Positions 56,430 through 64,000 of a DNA stretch of 64,000 nt are shown piece by piece. Below the pieces are notes generated by a model, which saw only the letters and a program-made list of their open reading frames with translations, had not been told where the DNA came from and did no database searches. The stretch is from Bacilli bacterium (GTDB taxonomy: Bacteria; Bacillota_I; Bacilli_A; RF39; UBA660): positions 1,680 to 65,679 of the forward strand of contig JAEDKN010000003.1 of assembly GCA_016295795.1 (NCBI GenBank). Reading direction: 5' to 3'. Within the stretch, counting starts at the first letter, position 1, and the number at the start of each line of letters is the position of its first letter. Made by a program: the position numbers and the translations under genes.

Positions 56430-58145
56430 TTATATCTCTTTTTTATAAAAGTCATCTAATTTTTTTCCAAAATTAGCTTCTATAGATTCTATCACCCTTA
56501 TAGATACTTCTAGCGATCTCCTATAGTTACCTTTGTAAAATAAAATTTCTGCTTGATTTAACCCTTGATCTACATTATCGTAACTACTTCTAAATCTATT
56601 GCCATAAACTATAGATATCTCAGACATTTTAGCCAATTTGATAGTTTCATTAGTTGTATTATACAACTTCAAAACTAAATCCCTTGCAGTATCTACCCTA
56701 GTATTCAAAGTTTTTATTACTATAGGTTTTCTCTCTAGTTCTTTTATAATTTCCAATATTGCTTCATTAGCTTCAGATAGTTGAACAAAATAATCATTAG
56801 TAACTATTGGCAATTTGAAACTTCTAATTTTTATCTTTGACTGTTTTAATAATTCCTGAATCTCATCTAATTGCTCACGGGCTCTTCGTTCATCTTCATA
56901 CATATTACCTAAAGATTTAAGCGCAACATCAAGCTCTTCATCAATTGATTTTAACCTATTATTAAATACCTCTAAATCTTTTGTCACTTCCGTATAAGGA
57001 AGGAGTCTCTTCTTTAAATTCTTTATTTCCTTTTTATAATCATTGTTTAAATCAATTAACAAACTATTTACATCATCTATGATTGTTACATCCTCATCCT
57101 TAAGATCATAAAGACTTTTTATCTCATCCAATTGACTATATATATCGCTAACCATTTTATTTAGCTTTTCAAGTTTTCTCTCAAAAAGTGGAGCTTCTTC
57201 TTCAAATTTTTTTCTAGCAATTTTTTCATTTTCAAAATCTACAAATAAAGAATCTAAATATTCTAATATAGTTTTTAATTCAAACATACAATCTTCTAAA
57301 TTCAAGACTTTTATTCTATCTACAATATTATTTATATTTTTTTGAGTTTCCTCTATGTTATATGGGATTTGTAGATAATCTAGAGGATAATCTCTCTTTA
57401 CCATTTCATCATATGTAGAACTAATTTGTTCTATCCTTTTTGGAATCAATTTACTAGTTAGAAGAACCAAATCTGGCACTTCAGATATAACTATTCCCAT
57501 ATGATCAACCATTGAATCTATTGCTTTAACAATATGAACAACTTCATTATATTCATTCTTTTCCATAACTACTTCAAAATCTTGGAAACGCTTTTCAATA
57601 TTTTCAAATTGTAATTCTATTATATCTGCTATATCTGCATATTCACTTTTATGTGCATCAAACGCATTAAATAATTCTCTATACCTTGTTTTAAGCTTTA
57701 TTATAATGCTTCTGTATTTTTCTTCACTAAGTGTTATCTCTTTAATTTCATCTAACAGAGTATCAATTAGCCTTTTTGCTTTCGCAATTTCTATTTCTGC
57801 TTGAGCAATTTTTAAAATATATTCGCTATACTTTCTTTTGCCACCAACGAAATCCAAATCTATCAGCATATCATTTATCTTATCTATATTATCGGTTTTT
57901 ATTGATTCAAATCTTTCTAACCAATTATTATACTTTTCTTCTATTTTATCATTCTTTATAATTGTTTCTAACTTTGCCAACTCTGATGGGATTGGTGCTG
58001 TTTCAATCATATTCTTTTCACGATCCAGTTGCTCTATATGTTCTTTTAAAAGATTATATCTTCTTTTTCTTAAAGTTACTATGATGACGATTAGAATAAT
58101 AATTAGTGATAAAATAACTGTAATCATAATAGTCTTATCGCTCAT
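56430..58145 (-). CDS. ezrA: Septation ring formation regulator EzrA
   Basis: 571 aa. Single N-terminal TM helix then long coiled-coil repeats. Size and synteny with rpsD/tyrS as in Bacilli. Confidence 0.7.
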   Translation of the reverse strand: MSDKTIMITVILSLIIILIVIIVTLRKRRYNLLKEHIEQLDREKNMIETAPIPSELAKLETIIKNDKIEEKYNNWLERFESIKTDNIDKINDMLIDLDFVGGKRKYSEYILKIAQAEIEIAKAKRLIDTLLDEIKEITLSEEKYRSIIIKLKTRYRELFNAFDAHKSEYADIADIIELQFENIEKRFQDFEVVMEKNEYNEVVHIVKAIDSMVDHMGIVISEVPDLVLLTSKLIPKRIEQISSTYDEMVKRDYPLDYLQIPYNIEETQKNINNIVDRIKVLNLEDCMFELKTILEYLDSLFVDFENEKIARKKFEEEAPLFERKLEKLNKMVSDIYSQLDEIKSLYDLKDEDVTIIDDVNSLLIDLNNDYKKEIKNLKKRLLPYTEVTKDLEVFNNRLKSIDEELDVALKSLGNMYEDERRAREQLDEIQELLKQSKIKIRSFKLPIVTNDYFVQLSEANEAILEIIKELERKPIVIKTLNTRVDTARDLVLKLYNTTNETIKLAKMSEISIVYGNRFRSSYDNVDQGLNQAEILFYKGNYRRSLEVSIRVIESIEANFGKKLDDFYKKEI

Positions 58146-58283
58146 ACAACACCTCTATTCTTAATACTATATATAGTTTAACATAAACTTTTATTTTTTG
58201 ATATAATTTTGTAAAATTTTATTTTATTTTGTAATAAAAGTAAGTATATTATGGTATAGTATTTTTATATCAGGAGGAATATA

Positions 58284-58754
58284 ATGAACAAAAAGAAAGA
58301 TTTTTTTATAGGAAAAATAAAAGTTAATGAACAAGACATCATATCAGTAATATACATACCAGAAACCAATATTCACGAAGAAACAGTAATTATTAACTAT
58401 ATTAGATTTATATCAAATATAGGTTCAAAAGAAAGTCCCATACCAATTACTGACAATTATTCATATCAAGCAACTAAAGAAAAAGTTAGATTTACTTGTC
58501 TTAGAGAAAAAGACCGTTCTACAACATCATTAGATCCCGAAATAGATAATACTTTCTTTCAAACAATTTACAATATTCCAAAAGAAAAATCTTTACCCTT
58601 CTATAGTTCTAAAATAAACGACAAAGAAGTAGATATACTAACAGCCAACACAGCTATAAGACCAATATTTGATGAATTGGTTAGTTCAAGAAACGAAGAA
58701 AATGATTTAAAACTTAATAATATTGAAACTATTAACGGCATTAAACACAATTAA
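58284..58754 (+). CDS. Hypothetical protein
   Basis: 156-aa ORF with SD AGGAGGA, divergent from ezrA. No motif recognised. Confidence 0.5.
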   Translation: MNKKKDFFIGKIKVNEQDIISVIYIPETNIHEETVIINYIRFISNIGSKESPIPITDNYSYQATKEKVRFTCLREKDRSTTSLDPEIDNTFFQTIYNIPKEKSLPFYSSKINDKEVDILTANTAIRPIFDELVSSRNEENDLKLNNIETINGIKHN

Positions 58755-58758
58755 ATCC

Positions 58759-58948
58759 TTGACTATTAAAGATATATATATTATAATTATAAACGCATAT
58801 TCAATGAACAGCACTTATTTTAGTAATGTAACGTGTTTATTAAGTTTGGTAGTAGCTTTGCTGTTGGGTGAGGCCATTAAAATAAACTCCCTACAAATAT
58901 TAAAGTAAGACTCTTTGTTTATGTGAATAAATAAAGGAGGAAATATTA
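58759..58948 (+). promoter_or_regulatory. rpsD promoter and ~150-nt leader (possible S4 autoregulatory leader)
   Basis: TTGACT (58759-58764) -17 nt- TATAAT (58782-58787), then a long untranslated leader before the rpsD SD AAAGGAGG. The autoregulatory role is by analogy only. Confidence 0.5.
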
Positions 58949-59551
58949 ATGGCAAGATATACTGGACCTAGTTACAAACAAGCTCGTCGTGTTGGATTTT
59001 CTATTTCAGAAAACGGAAAAGATATCGCTAGACGTCCATATGGACCTGGTCAACATGGAGCTGATAGAAAAGGTAAACTTTCTAACTATGGAGTACAATT
59101 AAAAGAAAAACAAAAAGTTAGATTTATGTATGGTCTTAATGAAAAGCAATTTGAAAAAACTTTCAGAGAAGCTGGTAAAATGCAAGGAATTCATGGTGAA
59201 AATTTCTTAAAGCTTCTTGAATCAAGACTTGATAATTTAGTTTATCGTTTAGGATTCGCATCAACTCGTCGCGGAGCTAGACAACTTGTTAATCACGGTC
59301 ATATCTTAGTTAATGGTAAAAAAGTAGATATTCCATCTTACAGAGTTAAGCCTGGTTCTACAATTTCATTAAAAGATAAAGATAAAGACTTAAAAGTTGT
59401 TAAAGAATCATTAGAAAAAGTAACTAATAGAGTTGAATTCGTTACATTTGATGAATCAAAAATGACTGGTACTTTTGTAAGATTACCTGAAAGAAATGAA
59501 TTGAATCCTGATATTAAAGAGACTCTAATAGTTGAATATTACAACAGATAA
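58949..59551 (+). CDS. rpsD: 30S ribosomal protein S4
   Basis: [16 protein letters not shown]...; S4 RNA-binding domain [39 protein letters not shown]. Confidence 0.95.
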   Translation: MARYTGPSYKQARRVGFSISENGKDIARRPYGPGQHGADRKGKLSNYGVQLKEKQKVRFMYGLNEKQFEKTFREAGKMQGIHGENFLKLLESRLDNLVYRLGFASTRRGARQLVNHGHILVNGKKVDIPSYRVKPGSTISLKDKDKDLKVVKESLEKVTNRVEFVTFDESKMTGTFVRLPERNELNPDIKETLIVEYYNR

Positions 59552-59576
59552 AAAAATCGGAAATCCGATTTTTTAT
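59552..59576 (+). terminator. Bidirectional intrinsic terminator after rpsD
   Basis: AAAAAATCGGA-aa-TCCGATTTTTT. Confidence 0.6.
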
Positions 59577-60118
59577 TTTGCCATCATTTTTCTTATTATT
59601 GCAGCAGGTGTTTTCAATACTATCTTTAAATCTAACCAAAAACTTAGATTATCATAATACTTTATATCACATTCTAGCTTTTCTTTGTGCGTTCCACCAT
59701 CTCTTATCTGAAACAATCCAGTTATCCCAGGCTTAAGAAGATATCTTTTTTCGCTTATTTTATCTTTAGGCAAATCATCACCAGGTATAAAAGGACGCGG
59801 TCCAACAAGAGACATATCACCTTTTAAAACATTAAATAATTGAGGAAGCTCATTTAATCTACTATAATCTATAAATCTAGTAACATTAGTAAAAACCTTC
59901 TCTTTAGAATTAGGCTTTTTAGGTAAACTCGTCCTAAATTTATACATGATAAATATTTTATGATATTGTCCTTCTTTTTCTTTTCTATGATTAAAAATAG
60001 GCCACCCTAATTCTATATAGGTAACTATTGCAATAAGAATTATAAGAGGACACAATACAATTAATAATATTACCGAAATAATAACATCTAATAACCGTTT
60101 TATATATCTTCTATACAT
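59573..60118 (-). CDS. Small monotopic phosphoglycosyl (bacterial sugar) transferase, PglC/EpsL-like
   Basis: N-terminal re-entrant hydrophobic helix. LNELPQLFNVLKGDMSLVGPRP signature. Confidence 0.75.
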   Translation of the reverse strand: MYRRYIKRLLDVIISVILLIVLCPLIILIAIVTYIELGWPIFNHRKEKEGQYHKIFIMYKFRTSLPKKPNSKEKVFTNVTRFIDYSRLNELPQLFNVLKGDMSLVGPRPFIPGDDLPKDKISEKRYLLKPGITGLFQIRDGGTHKEKLECDIKYYDNLSFWLDLKIVLKTPAAIIRKMMAK

Positions 60119-60161
60119 AAAAATAGCCTCCTTCTTATTTCTTATGAGGCTATTATAACAT

Positions 60162-61388
60162 TTATTTTAAATTTATTAAATAGTATTTCTTTTTTCCTCT
60201 TCTAATAATTACATACTTATCTTCAATGGAAATTTCTTTACATATAATATAATTTTCATCTTTTATTACATCTCCATTAACCAAAATAGCACCATTATTA
60301 ATAAATTCTCTAGCTTCTCTTTTGCTAGAAGCAATATTTTTATCAACTAGGAGATCTAATAAATTCATACTTTCTTCTATCTGATAAGAAGGAACTCCCT
60401 TAAAGACTTGCTCTATATCAGTTGCAGTAAGTGTTTTTACATTTCCATTAAACAAAACTTCACTAAGTCTTACTGCTTTTTCATACTCTTCTTTGCCATG
60501 AATATCAGTAATAACCTCGCGAGCTAAAGCTTTATGCGCTTCTCTCAAATGCGGATTTTCATTATGACTCTTTTCAATTTCTTCTATTTCTTCTTTTGAT
60601 AAAAAAGTTAGTTTCTTTAAATATTCAATAATCATAGAATCTTCAAGATTTACTAAGTATTGATATAGTTCATAACTTGATGTTTTGTTTTTATCTAGCC
60701 ATAATGCATTACCTTCTGTTTTGCCAAATTTAACCCCATTAGAATCAGTTATTAGTGGCATTACCATTCCATATACTTCTTTATCAAGTTTTTTTCTTAC
60801 AAGCTCTATTCCTGAAGTTATATTTCCCCATTGATCTGAACCAGCTACTTGCAAAATACATCCTCTTGTTTCGTATAAATGCATAAAGTCAAGTGCCTGT
60901 AATATCATATATGAAAATTCAGCATAAGTAATTCCGCTTTCTAATCTTGATTTTACTTTATCCTTAGCAAGCATATAATTAACATTAAAATATTTTCCAT
61001 AATCTCTTAGGAAGTCTATAACATTTATATCTTTTGTCCAATCGTAGTTGTTCACAACCTCAAACCCAAAAATTTCTTCAGCCTGACGTTTTAATCCTTT
61101 GAAATTTTTTTCCACTTCTTCCTTTGAAATCATTGGCCGTTCCGCAGTCGGCTTAGGATCTCCAATAAGCCCTGTAGCTCCACCTACTAAAAGTATTGGA
61201 TGATGCCCAGCTTTAGCCAATCTTTTAGAAATTAGAAATGATGAATAGTGTCCAATATGCATAGAATCTGCAGTTGGATCTGTTCCAATATAAAAAGTAA
61301 TAGAATCATTATTTAGCTTATCAATAAGATCTGGGCTACTTATATCTTGTATTAACCCTCTCCATTTCAATTCTTCATATAAATTCAT
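60162..61388 (-). CDS. tyrS: Tyrosine--tRNA ligase
   Basis: DSMHIGHY (HIGH), KFGKT (KMSKS), C-terminal S4 domain. Start at the ATG at 61388 (SD GAAGGAGGA). Confidence 0.92.
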   Translation of the reverse strand: MNLYEELKWRGLIQDISSPDLIDKLNNDSITFYIGTDPTADSMHIGHYSSFLISKRLAKAGHHPILLVGGATGLIGDPKPTAERPMISKEEVEKNFKGLKRQAEEIFGFEVVNNYDWTKDINVIDFLRDYGKYFNVNYMLAKDKVKSRLESGITYAEFSYMILQALDFMHLYETRGCILQVAGSDQWGNITSGIELVRKKLDKEVYGMVMPLITDSNGVKFGKTEGNALWLDKNKTSSYELYQYLVNLEDSMIIEYLKKLTFLSKEEIEEIEKSHNENPHLREAHKALAREVITDIHGKEEYEKAVRLSEVLFNGNVKTLTATDIEQVFKGVPSYQIEESMNLLDLLVDKNIASSKREAREFINNGAILVNGDVIKDENYIICKEISIEDKYVIIRRGKKKYYLINLK

Positions 61389-61406
61389 ATTTATTTCCTC
61401 CTTCAA

Positions 61407-61645
61407 TTTCTTATTCCTTGAACGCGCAATTCTTTTTAAAACAAAAAGATAGTATATACTAAGGACGAGTCATACCCGTGGTACCACCTTAATTCATAGC
61501 TATACTATCTCATTACTATATGGCGTAACCCAATAAGCTCCAAATTCGTAATTCACATAAATCTAAAGATTAGTTTTCACCACCACTAATTCTCTTTTTT
61601 CTTTATAAATATGTTACTATAATTTTTCATCGCTTAAATATTTAT
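61407..61645 (-). promoter_or_regulatory. T-box riboswitch leader of tyrS
   Basis: Minus strand AAGGTGGTACCACGGG (rc 61475-61490) matches the T-box core GGTGGTACCRCG. Stem-I-like AGAGA...AGTGGTGGTGAAA upstream. Candidate Tyr specifier TAC at rc 61548-61550. Confidence 0.8.
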
Positions 61646-61681
61646 ATTATATAATAACATCAAAAAAGTTTTATTTCAATA

Positions 61682-62107
61682 TTATTTTTCTTTACTCTCA
61701 TTATTTTCTAATTTATTTAAAACTTCTTTTACCACAACAATAGCTTTTTCTCTTACTTCGTTTGCAGCTTTTTCTAAAACCGGAGTACCTTTTTCTATAG
61801 CTAAATTAACTAATTCTTCACTTTTGTCTTTTATTTGAGCTGCTTTTTCTTTCGCAATTTTTAAAACTTTTTCTTTATCTAAATCAGATAATTCCTCTTT
61901 CAATTCAGCAATTTTTTCTTCTATCATCTCTTTTACATCTTCAGAATCAACTTCTTTTAACTTTGATACAAGTTCATCAATTTTGTTTTTTAAATCGCGT
62001 CTAGTTTCACTTCCTTTTTTAGGTGCGAATAAAATTCCTAATCCTGCACCAACTGCTGCTCCCAAAGCAAATTTTCCTAGTCCGCAACATTTTTTTTCTT
62101 TACTCAT
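61682..62107 (-). CDS. YtxH-domain general stress-like protein
   Basis: GLGKFALGAAVGAGLGILFAPKKGSETRRDLKNKIDEL then a coiled-coil. Start set to the ATG at 62107 (ATGAGTAA overlap with the upstream stop). Confidence 0.7.
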   Translation of the reverse strand: MSKEKKCCGLGKFALGAAVGAGLGILFAPKKGSETRRDLKNKIDELVSKLKEVDSEDVKEMIEEKIAELKEELSDLDKEKVLKIAKEKAAQIKDKSEELVNLAIEKGTPVLEKAANEVREKAIVVVKEVLNKLENNESKEK

Positions 62108-62396
62108 AAAAATCATCTTCCTCTTTCTTTCTTTTTTTATTTTTTGAAAACTTTCCAAAAAAGTTAAATATTCCATCAATCAGTCTATCACCGATAGAAG
62201 ATAGTGTTGAAGTTGTCATATCAATCGCATTAAACAATCCATCTAAGGTTTTCACTTTACGATCAACATTATCTAATATTTCATTTGTCTTATCAACCGT
62301 ATAAATTAATTTTATTATTAATACTATTACACAAACTAATAATACAGAACCTAAAATGTACAAAATTATTGGAAAAATCATATTTAATGAATCCAC
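62100..62396 (-). CDS. DUF948-like small membrane protein (YtxG-like)
   Basis: One N-terminal TM helix then a helical region. Position upstream of the ytxH-like gene as in Bacilli. Confidence 0.55.
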   Translation of the reverse strand: MDSLNMIFPIILYILGSVLLVCVIVLIIKLIYTVDKTNEILDNVDRKVKTLDGLFNAIDMTTSTLSSIGDRLIDGIFNFFGKFSKNKKRKKEEDDFYE

Positions 62397-62400
62397 TTTA

Positions 62401-63312
62401 TCACTCCTCTTCTGAATCTTGATACATTGAATCTATTAAATCAAAAAGACTGTCTTCTACACCAGAGCTCTCCTCAGCATCTTCACTTTCCTTATTTTTA
62501 GTACTACGACGACCGGTTGCTTTTTCTTTATTATGATCTTTGTAATCAATATTATACTCAAGACCTAAATCATTAAAATATTCTTCTGCATCTCCTACAG
62601 TAACATTACTAACAACTGGTGAATCAGTATCATTTAAATCATATAACGAAGTATCAATATCTGCATCCTCTTTTTCATTAACCTCGTCCATCATAGAGGC
62701 AGTTATATCACTCGCTAAATCTCCATAAGCTTTCTCTCTTACTGAATCTAAATCCATTTTTTTAGAAGAAGCTGAAGTTAACCTAACTTCTTTTTTCTGG
62801 ACTATTTCTTCCTTTTTGTAATTTTTGTCTAAAATACCATAAATAGGAGAAATTATAGGCGTTGGTCTAAATACCTTTTGCTCTTTTTTATAATCTCCAC
62901 CTTCATATAATCCAGAAGAAGTGAAATCCGTCTTATAGCTTGTATCTTCTCTTTTCCCACCATAGCCAGTATCATATGAATGATGCGGTTTTTCCAGCGT
63001 GTTTTTTTCTTTTCTTGGAGGTTCAGCATCCACAGTAAAATCTTCTTCTTCAAAAGTCATTGGAAACTTAAAACTATTATCTGACTTTCTCAAATCTCTT
63101 TCAGAAACCCCGCGCCTTTCTACACGCTCAACGACTTCTTCTTCAATCTCTCTTTCTCTAGAAGTTTTTTCTTCTTTTATTTTAGGCATCTCTGGCAAAT
63201 CGATTTTTTTTGCAATCGTTGGCTTTTCTTTTTTTGGTTTTTTTATCGGTTCCTCTACTTCGACGTATTCTTCCTCAAAAAAAACATTTTTTAATTTGTC
63301 GAAAACTCCCAT
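62401..63312 (-). CDS. Hypothetical acidic, probably disordered protein
   Basis: 303 aa, Glu/Asp/Lys-rich, N-terminal MGVFDKLKNVFF. No domain recognised. Confidence 0.5.
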   Translation of the reverse strand: MGVFDKLKNVFFEEEYVEVEEPIKKPKKEKPTIAKKIDLPEMPKIKEEKTSREREIEEEVVERVERRGVSERDLRKSDNSFKFPMTFEEEDFTVDAEPPRKEKNTLEKPHHSYDTGYGGKREDTSYKTDFTSSGLYEGGDYKKEQKVFRPTPIISPIYGILDKNYKKEEIVQKKEVRLTSASSKKMDLDSVREKAYGDLASDITASMMDEVNEKEDADIDTSLYDLNDTDSPVVSNVTVGDAEEYFNDLGLEYNIDYKDHNKEKATGRRSTKNKESEDAEESSGVEDSLFDLIDSMYQDSEEE

Positions 63313-63326
63313 GTTTACACCTTCCT

Positions 63327-63989
63327 TTATTCTACTACTTCATAGTCTAAAACATCTTGGTTTTTTTCTTTTTCATCTTCAGTAAATGTATCATATTTTT
63401 CTATCCATTCTAGAAAATTGCTATTTTCTCTTTTAGATTCAAAAATATCATATTTTTCTTCCTGATAATCGAGAACATTTTCTCCTATTAGAGTATCTAT
63501 TACTTTTTCATTATATTGAATACTTGATAAAATATAAGCCATATTAAGAACTGCTTCATTAAGATATTTCTTATCTATATATGCTTCTATCTTAGCATAA
63601 TTGTACATAAATTCTACAAAATATTTGTCTTCAGTTTCCGTAATGTCAATATATCCTAACTTGTCATTAAACCTTAACTCCTTTGATAAGTAATTTGTTG
63701 TACTACTAATAAATGTCTTTTTTGTTTTATAGTAATACGACACAACATCCACATACAGATAAAACGTATCATCTTTAAATAATATTTTAGAATTGTATTT
63801 GTTTTTATCTATAATTTTCAGTCCTCTTGGAACATAAAACTTATATCCTTCAAAAACATTATTATAAAGATTAATATCTTTTTCTATTACAGTATTTATG
63901 ATATCTTCAATACTATCTTTTTCTATATTTACGAAAGTGCATCCTGTCAAAAGGAAAATTGAAAAGAATACAATTAATATCTTTTTCAT
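63327..63989 (-). CDS. Putative lipoprotein
   Basis: Signal peptide with lipobox FLLTGC. Confidence 0.6.
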   Translation of the reverse strand: MKKILIVFFSIFLLTGCTFVNIEKDSIEDIINTVIEKDINLYNNVFEGYKFYVPRGLKIIDKNKYNSKILFKDDTFYLYVDVVSYYYKTKKTFISSTTNYLSKELRFNDKLGYIDITETEDKYFVEFMYNYAKIEAYIDKKYLNEAVLNMAYILSSIQYNEKVIDTLIGENVLDYQEEKYDIFESKRENSNFLEWIEKYDTFTEDEKEKNQDVLDYEVVE

Positions 63990-64000
63990 ATTTCACCTAC

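Noticed and set aside
58723-58908. 61-aa ORF inside the rpsD promoter/leader
   Set aside because: It begins upstream of the -35 box of the rpsD promoter and has no SD. The region is better explained as promoter plus untranslated leader.
20503-61406. N-terminal extensions in the ORF track (e.g. 23400, 25572, 29746, 30344, 30668, 35451, 37422, 47323, 47970, 55018, 56401, 61406, 62179)
   Set aside because: These start at upstream GTG/TTG or in-frame codons that overlap terminators or the preceding gene. In each case an internal ATG/GTG with a proper SD gives the conserved N-terminus (e.g. MNLYEELKWRG for TyrS, MLIEFSVKNF for the ATPase).
62853-63385. ORFs 62853..63053 (-) and 62999..63385 (+) overlapping the 303-aa acidic protein gene
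   Set aside because: Nested or antisense frames of a low-complexity GAA/AAA-rich gene, with no independent start signals.
1-64000. Search by eye for CRISPR arrays, tRNA/rRNA genes, transposase/IS elements, retron or reverse-transcriptase genes
   Set aside because: No regularly spaced direct repeats with unique spacers, no cloverleaf-like or rRNA-like conserved blocks, and no DDE transposase or RT motifs noticed. The absence is by inspection only.

Overview
AT-rich, low-GC Firmicutes-type chromosome segment (standard code; gene content and synteny such as ezrA-rpsD-tyrS, ytxG/ytxH-like genes, PFOR and a CotD-like gene suggest an anaerobic, spore-forming Bacilli/Erysipelotrichia/Clostridia-like host; taxon not verifiable here). 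Almost all genes are on the minus strand. There are three blocks. (1) 1-27.4 kb is the right-hand part of an integrative conjugative element. It has a DUF262-HNH nuclease, VirD4-type coupling protein, relaxase, a candidate oriT, M23 hydrolase, VirB4, VirB6-like and small membrane proteins, an XRE regulator, one SSB plus two SSB-like OB-fold paralogs, 23-bp iterons beside a wHTH gene, sortase plus a thioester/Cna-B adhesin, and an ArpU/sigma-like regulator behind a leader-ORF/terminator. It also carries an RM-like cargo (two methyltransferase genes plus a T5orf172-helicase) and a plus-strand Xis-like gene and tyrosine integrase. (2) 27.4-37.8 kb is a ~10.3-kb defence island wedged between the ICE integrase end and recG. 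It is bracketed by an imperfect direct repeat and keeps relics of an ICE-like element (a frameshifted xis homolog and copies of the ICE promoter/operator module). Its cargo is MazG + Zn-ribbon/DUF4145 + PD-(D/E)xK-DUF2075 ATPase; PLD-helicase-DUF3427 + NUDIX; a solitary protein with a C-terminal PD-(D/E)xK motif; and an AAA-ATPase + RloB pair (AbiL/PARIS-like). (3) 37.9-64 kb is core chromosome: recG, pyruvate:ferredoxin oxidoreductase, envelope genes, a ~580-nt GC-enriched structured RNA directly upstream of a 4-TM membrane protein (OLE RNA/OapA-like arrangement), an Ig-repeat surface protein, a CotD-like gene, ffh, an unknown 642-aa gene inserted between ylxM and ffh, ftsY, ezrA, rpsD, and tyrS with a T-box leader. 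No rRNA, tRNA or CRISPR array was recognised. All family assignments rest on motifs read by eye; no database search or folding computation was possible. Several ORF-track starts appear to be upstream alternative-start extensions and were trimmed to the ATG/GTG with a Shine-Dalgarno.
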